This document shows, in pieces, positions 26,981 through 39,611 of a stretch of DNA of 64,000 bases. Position 1 is the first letter of the stretch. The number at the start of each line of letters is the position of its first letter. The notes under the pieces are model-generated. The model was not told the DNA's origin, did not search any database, and saw only the letters and a list, made by a program, of their open reading frames with translations. The stretch is from Octopus sinensis (taxonomy: Eukaryota). The position numbers and the translations under genes were made by a program. Where the stretch lies: assembly GCF_006345805.1 (NCBI RefSeq), contig NC_042997.1, positions 23,126,001 to 23,190,000 of the forward strand, read 5' to 3'.

Positions 26981-29899
26981 CTCTAAAGTCTTGGCCTCTG
27001 TTTAAAAATTTAAAAAATGCCTTAGCCACAGCAGAATAACCAACTTTATAACACATGAGCCATTGACTCTCTCAAACAATGAAATTATTGAAATTTATAC
27101 AACAAAATGAACCAATTTGAATCATGTGACTCTTGTTGCATACTTTGAAAGGAAAACCTTTTAAATCTGCTTTCTAGGACAGGAATTTAAAAAAATTTTC
27201 TCTGAAAGTACCAATTTAAAAAATCTATAATAAGTAAGCTAAATAGGTTACACATGCTGTGTAGAAGTTAGCCTAATCTCACACTAATTTACCTTTATTA
27301 CCTATCTTTTCTAAATATTTTTTGAGTAAGCATAATTAAAATATAGTATTCTTATGAACATACACATAAAAGGAGTTACATCTCTCAGATGATTACCTGA
27401 ATTAACTTTCTCATCTCACAATATACTGACAATACATTCTTAGTAATTATTTCTGTCTTTACTCTAAAGAGCTAATGCATAAAATTATTACCATCTGATG
27501 AAAGAATTTGTAGTGTATCCTGGCAATAGTATTATATGCATGTAGTTATATACACAGACACACGTTTATATGAGATAATATTAAGGATACATTGCAAATT
27601 GCTTCAGATTGTATCACAATTGTGTAATTCATTCATCAGGTGTACAAACAATCTATGGCTGTTTTAGAGCAAAAACAGAATTAGAACAGTGTGTTGCAGC
27701 ATTCATACTCTGCTCTTTTCCTATCTTTATAATATTCTCCAATATCTCTTTCCATTATAGCACTCACCCTCCGTCTTACTTCTCTCAATGCCCTTTCACC
27801 ACAGCTTCTTGTCCTTCTCACCTTTCTCTCTTTATTTACCCCCACAACCCCCAGCATCTTTCTTCAATGAGTTTCCACCCTAGTCTACTGCTCCCTCTTT
27901 GTCCCTTTCTCCTGATAGCTTCTATCTATACTTGCCTTTATAAAATTGGATAGCCCTAAATACTCACATATACAACCTACCCTATCACCTTTCGATCCCT
28001 GTTACTAATTCCTTTCTTTTCCTTTTCCTAGCTACAACTATTGTTACTCTCTCCACTCTCGCCCTTTTTTTTTTCAGCTATAAATCTGTTCCTCTCATTC
28101 TCCTCTTCTTAGGATCATCACTTACTCTTTCTTTGCTATTCTCTCTCAGTTATAGAGGTCACTTTAATTTACCTTGCAAGTTACAAGACAATTTTCACAA
28201 GTGCTGGGGGCCCACAAAAAAGCATCCTGTACACTCTTTAATATGATTGGTGTTACGAAGGGCATCAAGCCATAAGAAATTCATCAAACAAGGTACTGGA
28301 GCATGACACAATCCTTATATTCATCAGATCCTGTTGAACTATTCAACTCATGCCAGTATGGAAGACAGTGTTTGATGATGATGATGGTGGGTGTGTGTGG
28401 GTGTGCGCACAGTTTCTTGTCTTGACATCACAAAATAGCTGTAAACAAATGTTACAGTCAAACAGGCATTGTCATTTGTTTCCAATCTCTTGTGAAATCA
28501 TGTCTGGTTATGAGGAATATAATACTCTGCATGGAAACAGGTGAAGGTTGGTGACAGGAAAAGCATCTAGCTCTAAAAAATCTGCCTCAACAAATCCCAC
28601 CCAATCTATGCATGGTAAGATGGGAGTATACTTTGCCATTGTGGGTAATATCAGGTAATTAATATTGATAAAATAATTACAATTTACATTTCTTAGATTT
28701 CATGGTGCCTGTACAAATTAATGAAATGAATACTAATTTTTGAATTAAAATTATTTATGAAAATTAAACAGAGAAATTTACTCATTGCTATAAATAGATA
28801 ATATTTTATCTGGTTGTTTAACTATCAATCAATTATAGATGTCACATTAATTCTATATAAGGTAGAGTGACATTTTTAGTATGAACAAGCAATTAATAAT
28901 ATTATTAGCATTGATGATAATATTTATCACACACATATTTGTACATGCATATGTACCTATATATATATATATAGCTACTTACTGCTATTGCTCCTACCCA
29001 CTAGGGTGAAATCTACCATCTTTATCTGCCATTTCTGGCTGTCGCTTCCACATCTGTTCCAACTCTCAGACTTTCATCAGTTTATTCCATGTGTTTGGCC
29101 ATTTTACAACACTTGAAAATATACACAGCTAAGCTAAGAATTTCTCTTATTTTTAATCGCAACATTCATTCAAACCCATCTAACTCGCAACATTATTAAC
29201 CTTGTTTCTTGGCTACATGTATGTATATACATATTTCGTACTATTCTCTAAAATAATTCTTTCTTGTTTGTTCTGCTCCCTAAAATGACTAACCTCTTTT
29301 CTTGGCTACATGTATAAACATATTTCGTATTTTTCTCTAAAATAATTCATTCTTGTTTGCACTGCTCCTTAAAATGACTCTCTCTTGTTCATGGTTGCAC
29401 CCACCCTCTCTCGCCCCCACCACCAATACCAGAAATCTCGTTTCTTATTTCTTTATTGCCCACAAGGGGCTAAACATAGAGGGCTAAACCAGAAATCTCG
29501 TTTCTCTTACCGGACATCCAGTTGCCCTGCCCCTTTCTCCCTCTCTTATATTTTTAATCTCGCTGCTCTTTCCTTTCTCTCCCCCTCTCTGGATTAACCA
29601 AACCAGATAGCAGCCCACTTACTCTATTTAACAATGACATATTTATACTTCTACCTTTCTTTTTTATTCTTTTTTTTCATTTATATCTGCAACATCAGTA
29701 ATGCTTACATCCACAATGCTCATAACGCTTATATTTACAATGCCCCAAACACTTTCATATACAATGCTTCCTTACTCCCACCCCACAATAGAGGCAACAA
29801 CCTTAACAATTCTCACATGATTGAATGACGGTAGGTTAAAAGCAAGAACAACTACTATGACGTCTGTTACCAAACAATCACGGGAACCTTCTTTTCAGG

Positions 29900-32783
29900 T
29901 ACTGAATAACATCTATCCTTCCTGTGTTACCTTCCATATCTCTTTCCCAGTTTTCAGAGTTGGCACTGTAAATGTAGACACATTGAAAGATAGGTCTAGT
30001 GAGATTGTAGAGATGCTTGTATGGAGACATGTTGATATATGTTGCGTACAAGAGGTAAAGTGGAGAGGAGCTTCAGCCAGATTCCTCACAGGCAAAGCAC
30101 ATAGGTATAAAATCTTCTGGAAAGGTAATAGTGATGGAATAGGGGGTGTAAGAATACTTCTTGCAGAGAAATGGGTGAATAAGGTCAGAGGTAGTAAGGG
30201 TGTGCAATAGAGTACTTAAACTCAGGCTAGTCTTGCAGAATGGTATAGCCACAATTATCTCTGCCTACGCCCCACAAATGGGCCTACCAAATGAACAGAA
30301 GGATCACTTTTATGATATCCTTCTGCAGGCTACCTCAAAGACAAGTGACAATGATCCATCTCTGTGGTTGGAGATTTTAACAGGCATGTTAGACAGCAAC
30401 CTGGTATCTTCCATGGTGTACATGGGGGCCATGGAATTGGTACCAGAAATGAAGAGGAAACTAGGCTCCTGGAGTTCTGCAATGCAAATAACCTATTGAT
30501 CTGCAACACCAACTTCAGGAAGCCAGCCAGCCAGCCAGCCACCTGATAACCTATCAATCAGGTGACTCTGCTAGCCAGATTGATTTCATCCTCACCAGAC
30601 AGCAGGATGCAAAGTTGCTCTTAAATACAAAGACCCTCCCTAGTGAATAATGTACCCCTCAGCATAGACTAGTTATTAGTGACTTTAGATGTGAAGCAAG
30701 AAGGATGCCAAAAAGCAGACCAATCTGGAAAAGAAGGACTTGGAAGCTTAAGAACCCTTCACATTGTCAGAGACTTAGGAATATCCTTACTGAGAAATTT
30801 GATGAGAGGGAGGAGGAGCTACTGTCATGTGACATAGAAGGCAACTGGTAATTCCTGTGAGACCTAGGATAACATGGTGGTGAAACAATACTGTAGTCAG
30901 GGCCATTAGAGCAAAGAAACAGATCTGGAAGGCCTAGAAGAATGGGGGTAGCAGGGGAATGTATCAGCTAGCCAGAAAGGAAGCTAGGAGACAGATATAT
31001 ATAGCCAAAGGAGTAGCAGAAAAGAAGTTTGCCAATGTTCAGTGATGTGAGGACCAAAAAACTAAAGTATTTTGGATTGCAAGACTGTGTGAGAGAAAAC
31101 CGTGATGTCATAGGAGAGAAATGTGTCAACATGGATGATGCTGACCTTGTGGTTACTGATTCTGCAATGAAAGAGGCTTGGAGATGCCATTATGAAAGAC
31201 TGCTGAACATGGAGAATGAATGGGAGGAGGAGAGTCTGCCAAAGGTTGACCCAATTGAGGGACCAGCTACCTGAATCGACAGTACTCTAGTAGATAAAGC
31301 TCCTCTATGCTGATGACCTTGCTCTAATAGCAGAGTCACTACCAGAACTAGAGACAAAGTTTAGGGTGTGGAAGCAAGGTCTAGAATCAAAAGGCCTTAG
31401 GGCTAACCTAGCAAAAACCAAAGTCTTAGTAAGTAGGAAGGCTGACAAATCACAAACCCCTTCAGGTAGATGGCCATGCTCACTCTGTAGAAAAGGCATA
31501 GGTAGAAATTCCATACAATGTACACGGTGTAAGTTATGGACACATAAAAGGTGCAGCAACATCCACAAAAGGTTAACTGGGAATATAGTTTTTGTGTGGG
31601 ACAGATGCACAGAGGCAGTAAACAATGAAGATGTACAGAAAACAGATTCCATCACATGCCAGGAGGAAAAACTAGAGGTAGTCGATAGCTTCCACCACCT
31701 AGGCAACCAAATCTGTAGTGGGAGTGGTTGCTCTGAGAGTGTAGCGGCTAGAAGAATAGCCTAGGCAAAGTTCAGGGAGTTCCTACCTCTGCTGGAAACT
31801 AAGGGCCTCTCGTTCAGGATGAAAGGTAGACTGTATGATGCATGTGTGTGAACTGCCATGCTACACAGCAGTGAAACATGAGCCATGACTAATGAGGACA
31901 AACATAGGCTTGAAAGAAATGAAGCTACTATGATTCACTGGATGTGTAATGTATGTGTGCATACATGACAGAGTGTGAGAGCCTTGAGAGAAAAGTTGGA
32001 CATAAGAAGCATCAAATATGGTGTGCAAAAAGGATGTCTGCACTGGTATGGCTATGTGTTACATATGGATGAGGATAGCTGTGTGAGGAAGTGCCACACC
32101 CTACCTGTGGAGAGGCACGCCCAGGAAGACATGGGATGAAGTGGTGAAGCATTAACTCTGAACGTCGGGCTTCACAGAGGCAATGACAGGAGACCGAGAC
32201 CTTTGGAGATATGCTGTGATTGAGAAGACCTGACAACTAAAGTGGGATTGCAGCTATAGCTGATGCTAGTGTTGTATGTCCGGCCTATTTAAAAGTACCC
32301 TTGATGTATCAGGCGATATGATATGCTTGAGAAGACCTGTTGAATCAAGCAAAACCAATATCGTAGCTGTGGCCAGTGCTCCTGACTAGCTCCTGTGCCG
32401 GTGGCAAATAAAATGCACCATCCAAACATGGTCGATGCCAGTGCCCCCTGACTGGTTCCCATATTGGTGGCATGTAAAAAGCACAATCTGAACATGGTCA
32501 ATGCCAGGTCTGCCTGACTGGCTCTCATACCGGTGGCACATGAAAAGCACTATCTAAACGTAATCGATGCTAGGGCCACCTGACTGGCTCCTGTGCTAGT
32601 GACACATAAAAGCACCCACTACACTCTCAGAGTGGTTGGCATTAGTAAGGGCATCCAGCTGTAGAGACATTGCCAATTAGATTGGAGTCTGGTGTAGCCG
32701 CTGGATTTCCAGACCTCAGTCAAACCGTCTAACCCATGCCAGGATGGAAAACAGACATTAAATAATTAAGATGATGAGGATGA

Positions 32784-32790
<7 letters not shown>
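29900..32790 (+). mobile_element. Near-full-length but decayed RTE LINE (EN, deleted RT N-half, PHD-type finger, thumb, 3' UTR, (GAT)n tail)
   Basis: FRVGTVNVDTLKDRSSEIVEML..DICCVQEVKWRG, IISAYAPQMG, VGDFNRHV; deletion junction near 31300 joins EGPA.I...DK to LLYADD; many stops. Confidence 0.92.
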
Positions 32791-32816
<26 letters not shown>

Positions 32817-32820
<4 letters not shown>

Positions 32821-33464
32821 GGGAAGTGAAAAATTCTCCACACTTTCGCCATAACATATCTTTCTGCTCATATGTGCATATAGTTGGTACTATTGTGGTC
32901 ACGTGATCGAATTTTGAGCCTGATCATGCCATTTTTCCTTCTGGCTTTATAGTGTAAGCATGGCTGCTCCACTAGCAATGTGCACCAAAGAAGAACATAG
33001 AGCAGTGAGCTGATTTCTCTGGTCAACAGGTGTGTCAGGTGCTGAAATTCATCAGAGGCTTTTAGCACAATACAAGGACAGTATACTACCACATAGAAGT
33101 GTGTATGAGTGGATTGAGAAGTTTAAAAGTGGCCAAACAAGTATAACGCACAAAGAGGGAGCAGGATGCAGTCGACCTCCACCACTGACAAGAATATTCA
33201 GCAAGCTTGAGAGATGGTCATGGTGAACTGGTTCACCATTACCATCTCTTGGATCATTGCTCTTTGTTCTTCTTTGGTGAACATTGCTAGTGGAGCAGCC
33301 ATGCTGACATTGTAAAACCAGAAAGAAAAATGGCACAATCAGGCTCAAACTTCAATCACGTGACCACAACAGTACCAACTATAAGCAGACATGCACAGAA
33401 GGCAGTGTGACAAAAATTAAGATATATTATGGTGAAAGTGTGGATAATTTTTGACTTCCCCTCG
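32817..33464 (+). mobile_element. Mariner-derived long-inverted-repeat element (5' end duplicated in inverted orientation)
   Basis: TA|(T/C)GAGGGGAAGT termini; MAAPLAMCTKEEHRAV...SGAEIHQRLLAQYKDSILPHRSVYEWIEKFKSGQTS; the right ~215 bp is the reverse complement of the left end including the first codons. Confidence 0.87.
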
Positions 33465-34349
33465 TGTTGGTGTGAGTGTTTGTTTTTATGTCAAGTTATA
33501 ATAAAAACAATTTTACTTTAAACTAAAGGATTACTCAATTTTTTTGTTAAGTACATATTTATAATTCTTTGACAAGAATCATATTGACAGTAACTTCAAA
33601 GTTTCAGCCAACTAAGCCATCATATATATAATTTTTGTGTCCTGAGAAGGCTTCACTGAATTGATAAGGGTATACACCTCTCACTATGAGAGAGGATTTT
33701 TTTCTCCACAGTAAATTGCAGAGAAATTGCTTTTAAAATTCATAAACATATTTGAACTCAAAGATTTTTTTTATAGATATATTCATGTAGCAGTATATAT
33801 ATACTGTAACAAAGTGTATTTTCACCAGCTCTATTGTTCATAATAATATATATTATGATATATATTTAATGTCAAAGTTATATATATGACAAAGTTTTGA
33901 AATAGACATTCATCTGGCAACATTCTATACAAATATTTTTCAAACATTTTTTTGATTTCTATGTTTAAACATTTTTTGTTAGTCCTCCCTTCCTCCATTT
34001 CAGAATACACAACTGGCTATAACTTTTCTATCTATTTTACATAGTGTGAAAGTGTAGCTCACAACAACACAATGCCAAAATAACCACATAGACAACAAAA
34101 TAAACATGTGATTACCATAAAAGAAATATTCACACCCACCAACAACACTTTACATTCTGAAGGTATGACTGAAAGTTTAGAAACACTGGTGAAGAATTGA
34201 GGAGCTTATTGTTCCAAACAAACTGCAAGGGCATTATATGAAAACATGAAACAAAAAATATAAAAAGGACAAAAACATAGTAATGTTTCAATACATGCCT
34301 ATATGTACAAATATTTATATGAATATATATGTGTGTGTGTATCATGTAT

Positions 34350-34705
34350 CTTTTGTTTCAGTTATTAGACTGTGGCCATGCTGGAGTACTGCCTTCATGA
34401 AATGATCCCAGTACTTTTTTAAGCTTGCTACTTATTCTATCAGTCTCTTACTGAACCACTAAGTTAAAGGGACATAAACAAAACAACACCGATTGTCAAG
34501 CAGTAGTAGGGAACATCCTCAGACACAAAGATACACACACTCATATAATGTATATTATCATATGACAGGCTTCTTTCAGTCTGTCTACCAAATCCACTCA
34601 CAAGGTTTTGGTCAGCCTGAGGCTATAGGTGAAGATACTTGACCAAGGATCCACATAGCAGGACTGAACCCAGAACCATGTGGTTGGGAAGCAAAGTTCC
34701 TACCA
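34350..34705 (-). mobile_element. CORE-type SINE, reverse orientation
   Basis: Reverse complement of the 57960-58335 family (ggactgaacccagaaccatgtggttggg; ctttcagtctgtctaccaaatccactcacaagg). Confidence 0.7.
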
Positions 34706-36089
34706 CATATGCACACACATACATTCATAGATATTTATATACAACTATATAGGAGAGCATGTTGGATGGTTAGGTGATCTTTTGTATTTATTTATCCACA
34801 AAACAAAAGATCACTAACAATTACCAAACATTTTTTTGTTCAAAGATTCCTTCACATTCTTGAACTTTGAACCAAAGATTATGATTTTACATTTAACCTC
34901 TGCATACAGTCTTTTGTTTTCTGGAAGAAAGATTTTACAAAATCAATTTTCTATTAAGCTACCCACTTCACCTGCTTTCAGAGAACCTGTACTTGTTTGA
35001 CATCAAACTTTCAATCATTTGAGTATGCATGGAGGTATGCCAAATCATAAACAAATGACACTTTGAGCTAATAATTAGAAACAGCTTATGCCACTTTACA
35101 CTACACCCTTCAAATGTCATTTAAAATGAAGGGCCTACTAGACAATATAGTTCAGGATATATATAAAAAAAGGTAAATAGATTGTGAATCTGAAAAACAT
35201 TTTTTTCAATATTTCCAATTTTTAAATCTTTCTCCCAATTGGCTTCTGGAATAAAGACATCCACCAGACACAAATCTGAAAGTATTAAGCACAGTGGTTC
35301 TCAAATACCAGCCTCTCTCACCTCAGTCAAAAATATTATTGCAATTTTTTGATGTCTCCCTTTCTTTATTAACAAGAAGGCAATATATAGTTTGCAGCCA
35401 TATAATTCTTCCTAAGTTTTTTAAAGTCTAAAACCATCCTAATCTTATCAAACTTAGCACTTTGTCCACACCTTTTTTTTTATTTACATATATCCACCAG
35501 CACAGGAGCTTTCCTCTACAAGAAACACAGTGTAACTTCCACTATTGTACTGCCCAACCTTCCTTTCTTCCAACACGGAGGCATTCTAAAGATTTCAATG
35601 CAATTTCCATTTGCCCCTGGTACTGAAAAAGTTTCCTGCTTTTGCTATAATGTAGTAATTCTCAAATTTATAATTAGCAGGTTCTCCCCTACCATAATAT
35701 TAGGGAGATTTTATCCATAAACTCAAGAATGAATCAATTTCTTATACTTTAAAGTGGTCCATAGTTACTCATGCTAAACCATATACTAGCTATAACAAGC
35801 ACAATCTTTGAATACCCGGAGTCGTATCTATTATGCAATCCACTGATTGTCTGAATGAACATGATAGCATAATTTTTAAATGCTGACACTGATTATGTAA
35901 CCTATTCCCAAAATTCAAATAACAATCCCACTCTACATCATTCCCTTATTTCTCCCCTACCCTCATAGACATTCCCCTTTATTTACCTTCACAACCACCA
36001 AATCTTTAATCAGTAATATATTCCCTATAACTCCGTATTTCTTATTTTATATCTATTATCTTTCCTTACCCTTTATACCCTGAAAATTC

Positions 36090-36718
36090 TCAAGATTCAG
36101 TGGTCCCACTCCCAAACTATACAGCCGTTATAGTGATGACTGTATCGGTGCAACCTCACTCTCCCACGAACATCTAGACTCCTTCCTCTCTTTTGTCAAA
36201 TCTTTCCATCCTGCCCTTCACTTCTCCTGCACTATCTCTGACACCTCTGTCTCCTTTCTTGACATTTCGGTCAGCATTCATCACTCCCCTCTCACCACCT
36301 CCATCCACCACAAACACAGACTCACACTTATACTTCAACTTCTCCTCCTCCCACCCTAAACACACCAAGCTTTCCATCCCCTATTCCTCCATCTACACAG
36401 GCTCTGCAGTGACGACCATGACTTTGAGACTCAGTCTCAACTTATGGCTCACCACTTCATCCTACGTGGATATCCCCACCACCCTTGCCAGAGCACATTC
36501 TGTGGACCGTGCATCTGTTCTCTCCCTGCAAAACCCGCCCGCCGTCTCCTGCCTCCCGTTTCCCCTCACCTACCACCCCACCACTCCAACGCACCATTCT
36601 CTGTCTAACCCACACCCCACCCTTGCTTTTCCCACTTTTGCTTCCCCCACCTCCCAGCAACAAAAAATGCTAAAACAGGTCAGTTCATCTCAAATTCTTT
36701 GTAAACCTATGTGATGAC

Positions 36719-36720
<2 letters not shown>
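36090..36720 (+). mobile_element. Penelope-like element (PLE) RT C-terminal fragment
   Basis: LYSRYSDDCIG (36126-36140 = RYSDD), FHPALHFS, SVSFLDISV, TDSHLYFNFSSSHPKHTKLSIPYS: the PLE RT/thumb signature. Confidence 0.85.
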
Positions 36721-36764
<44 letters not shown>

Positions 36765-36769
<5 letters not shown>

Positions 36770-36983
36770 CGGAGTAAACACATAAATGTGAAACAAGGTG
36801 GAAAAAATGAGTACTCAAATACCAGTGGTAGAGTAATATGCTTTATTTAAAGCAGCAGAAAATTCAACAAAATCTGTTACTCTGAGTTTCTTGTTGCCGT
36901 TCATCAGACAGTTTTTCTGATGAACGGCAACGAGAAACTCAGAGTAACAGATTTTGTTGAATTTTCTGCTGCTTTAAATAAAG
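36765..36983. mobile_element. PLE pseudo-LTR with inverted duplication (68-bp arms, 7-nt loop)
   Basis: 36841-36908 is the reverse complement of 36916-36983 with one mismatch; lies just downstream of the PLE RT fragment. Confidence 0.75.
36869..36915 (-). ncRNA. Minimal hammerhead ribozyme motif in the PLE pLTR (stem II degenerate)
   Basis: Minus strand aaaactgt-CTGATGA-acg-gcaa-caa-GAAA-ctc-a-gag-TA-acagatttt; mirror copy CTGATGA-acg-gcaa-cga-GAAACTCAGAGTA on + at 36917-36950. Confidence 0.65.
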
Positions 36984-37864
36984 TATATATATATATATAT
37001 ATATATAGGCAGACATGGCGGATCGTCATTACACCCACTCCTGTTTTTTTTTTTTTACAGAAACCCACATTTTCAGCTACAGAAATTCCGAATCTGTAAA
37101 AATTTTTCACTTTTTTCCGTAACCCTAACCTTGAAACCCTAACCTTAAAACCCTAACTAGAAAAATTTTAGGAATTTTTTTTTCAGAATCATAATCTGAA
37201 TTTTTTTTTCAGAATCATAATCTCCGTAATTTTCCGCATATTTTGACGAAAACAAAAATTCTGAAAAAAGTTTAAAATGAAGAATTTAGGGGGAGGGAGG
37301 TATTTTCAAAATGCCGATTTTTGCTAATTTTTTGCAGATTCGTATTCTCCGTAGCCGAAAACGGGGGTTTGTGTAGGAAAAAAAATTAAATAAAGACGGG
37401 ATTTTTTTTTTGGTTGATGGTGGTGGTGGTACAAATGGAAATCTTGCTATATATGGAGAATATGATTCTGAAAACAAAATTTTTTTAAAATTTCAATAAA
37501 AAAAAAAAACCCACCCCTCGCGAACATAGGATGTTTTTAAAACCTTTCGATCATTGCGCATGCATAGGGGTTTTTCCAACCTGCGCATTAAATATGCCTT
37601 CAAGAAGTCTTTCCACGTGCTCCCTCATTGAAATTGAAAGCAAGAAAATTTTTTTGGTTTTGCGAAATTGTAAATTCCGATAGTGAAAACAGTAATCTCT
37701 GAAAAACCGTAATTTTGAAATGCCGATTTTTGCCAAGGGTCAATACCCTGCTATGTCGAGTTGGACAAAATTTTTTTTTTAATTTCAATTTCACCCCACC
37801 CATCACCACACATTAATAAAATCAACAAACTGTTTGACACACGTACATACTTTGTACGCATTCC

Positions 37865-38835
37865 GGACCCTTAAGCAGAGTAGATCCGACACGCGCACCC
37901 ACATCAGTCAGCGGACGTGCGCACCGGACGCACACGAGCCAGTCATTAGACTAGTCAGCACCCGTGATAAAAAAATTTAAAAACTCTCCATATGTATAAA
38001 TGTGTAAACTGTAAATCGGAGGGAGGGGAATTTATCTATCTATCTATCTATGTAATATAACAAACAACCGACAGAATGAATGAAAATAAAGCAAATTTTG
38101 AAATTGAAGTAAAATGTTACTCAAAAATAGTCATAAAGAAAAGTGAGGATAAAACAAATTTTGAAATAAAATCTTACACAAAACTAGTCATTAAAAAAAG
38201 TGAAAATAATGAAATAAAATGTAATGGATGTATGTTACTGACATCAAAAGTAATCGTTATTCAAAAGGGAACCATTCTGAAAGACGTTTTAGAATATTCC
38301 GAAAACATTCATCGTCAGTTTTCCCATTTTTTCCCCACCAAAGAAATTTAGCTAGATGGGATTCAATCATATTTGTGTACTCTCATCATACTTTCGAATA
38401 TACTTTTTGCATTTTCCCAGTAACATTCAACTGAGTAAGTATGCACGTTAGTTACTGGACCCACAAGGTTTTCTCTATGGTTCACTTTGAAATGGGAATA
38501 CCGTGGTTCGACCTCAATTTCAGCTATTCCATTGTATTCACTCCAACAATCAGAATGGACAGTCGTTCTTGGTTTTATAAACTTTCTGATAACGGGGAAC
38601 AGAGTTTCGGAGGAACGATTATTCACAAACACCAAAAATCCTATTTTGTCTTCTCTGTCCCATCCTCCCAAAACCCACCTCTCCTAGATAGATAGATAAA
38701 TCTCACCCCACTCCGATTAACAGTTTACACATATTCACATGTGGAGGATTTTTTTTTATCCCGGGTGCAGACTAGTCTACAGACTAGCGCGTGCGAGCGG
38801 TGCGCGCGTCGGGTCCACTCTTCTTAAGTAATATC
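37865..38835 (-). mobile_element. Internally deleted Merlin (IS1016/ISXO2-like) DNA transposon with long TIRs and 8-bp TSD
   Basis: TIRs 37865-38050 / 38685-38835; direct repeat CGCATTCC at 37857-37864 and 38836-38843; minus strand WVLGG..REDKIGFLVFVNNRSSETLFPVI..TVHSDCW..VNH..HTYSVECYW..MIESHLAKFLW..FRNILKRLSEWFPF. Confidence 0.88.
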
Positions 38836-38844
38836 CGCATTCCA

Positions 38845-39184
38845 ACACAAGTGTGCCCCTTCAGCTTTGTTTCCTCATAACTTTCACAAAAATGGATATT
38901 TGCGATAAAATAACGAAAGAAATATGTAATCAATCTACTGACCTTTCTGCAGAGATGTCTTTCAGAGAAAATTCCCGGGGTAAAATGAGGTATACTGTGA
39001 CAGAAAGTGAAACTAAAGTGTTCATTTTGTTTTTACGACTGAAGGTGTCTTTTCTACAAAATGTCGCGCACTTACATAACGTTGGAATTTTGGGGGATAA
39101 ACCTCGGCAATATGTTTTAGAAATGTATCGAAATTCTGGAGCAAGCTGGTTTAACACTTCGTGAAGTAGGGTGCACATTTTCAA
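38845..39184 (-). pseudogene. Merlin-like transposase N-terminal fragment
   Basis: CKCATFCRKDTFSRKNKMNTLVSLSVTVYLILPREFSLKDISAE..SVD*: resembles the Merlin zinc-binding/HTH region. Family call is inference. Confidence 0.5.
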
Positions 39185-39399
39185 TGAATATTGAAGTTGT
39201 ACGACGCTGGTATTTATTTATAATTAAGCAGACCAAGGTTTTAACATGAAATTTCTGATATTATTTTCACTTTTGAGCACGTTTTGACGTGTAGGGCGCT
39301 GATATTTATTGAAAATTATGCAGACCAAGGGTTTAACATGACATTTCTTCGATATTATTTTCACTTTTCTTATCTTCCGTGTGTGCCGTTGGAATTTAC

Positions 39400-39610
39400 C
39401 TCGGTTGCATGTTTCAGAAATGTATCAAAATTTTGGAATCTATTTCTGGCTGTAAAGTCATACATTTCTCTGTACATGCATTCGTTCACACGAGACCATT
39501 TCATATCGCCCGAGGATCCGCTGACGTCCTTGATCCATCTTTTGATTCTTTACCAAAAAGCCTCAATGCGGTTCGTGCATGCGCCGTAGAATCCTTGACA
39601 GTTCAGTGAA
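39400..39610 (-). pseudogene. Merlin-like transposase C-terminal fragment (different family)
   Basis: GACTNRIEAFW*RIKRWIKDVSGSSGDMKWSRVNECMYREMYDFTARNRFQNFDTFLKHATE matches the HTN.IE.FW...E.M.R...F..FL pattern. Confidence 0.7.
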
Positions 39611-39611
39611 T

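Noticed and set aside
34150-34230. Possible minus-strand exon (cccttgcag|FVWNNKLLNSSPVFLNFQSYLQN|gtaaag), plus similar candidates near 34820-34920 and 35170-35275
   Set aside because: Cannot be assembled into a coherent protein; such signals are expected by chance in AT-rich DNA. RNA-seq would be decisive.
37120-37157. True telomere or chromosome-fusion site
   Set aside because: Only about three degenerate CCCTAA units embedded in a repeat element; too short to indicate a fusion.
38076-38351. 91-aa ORF with an internal peptide repeat (NFEI.K.Y.K.VIKKSE x2)
   Set aside because: Antisense to the Merlin 3' end; the repeat reflects a ~60-bp DNA tandem duplication in the element's UTR.
37871-38827. 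Reading the long-TIR element as a TTAA-target Kolobok/piggyBac that captured a Merlin fragment
   Set aside because: An 8-bp direct repeat and a GG-starting left end lie just outside the TTAA motifs and the cargo is a Merlin transposase; Merlin is more parsimonious, though not proven.
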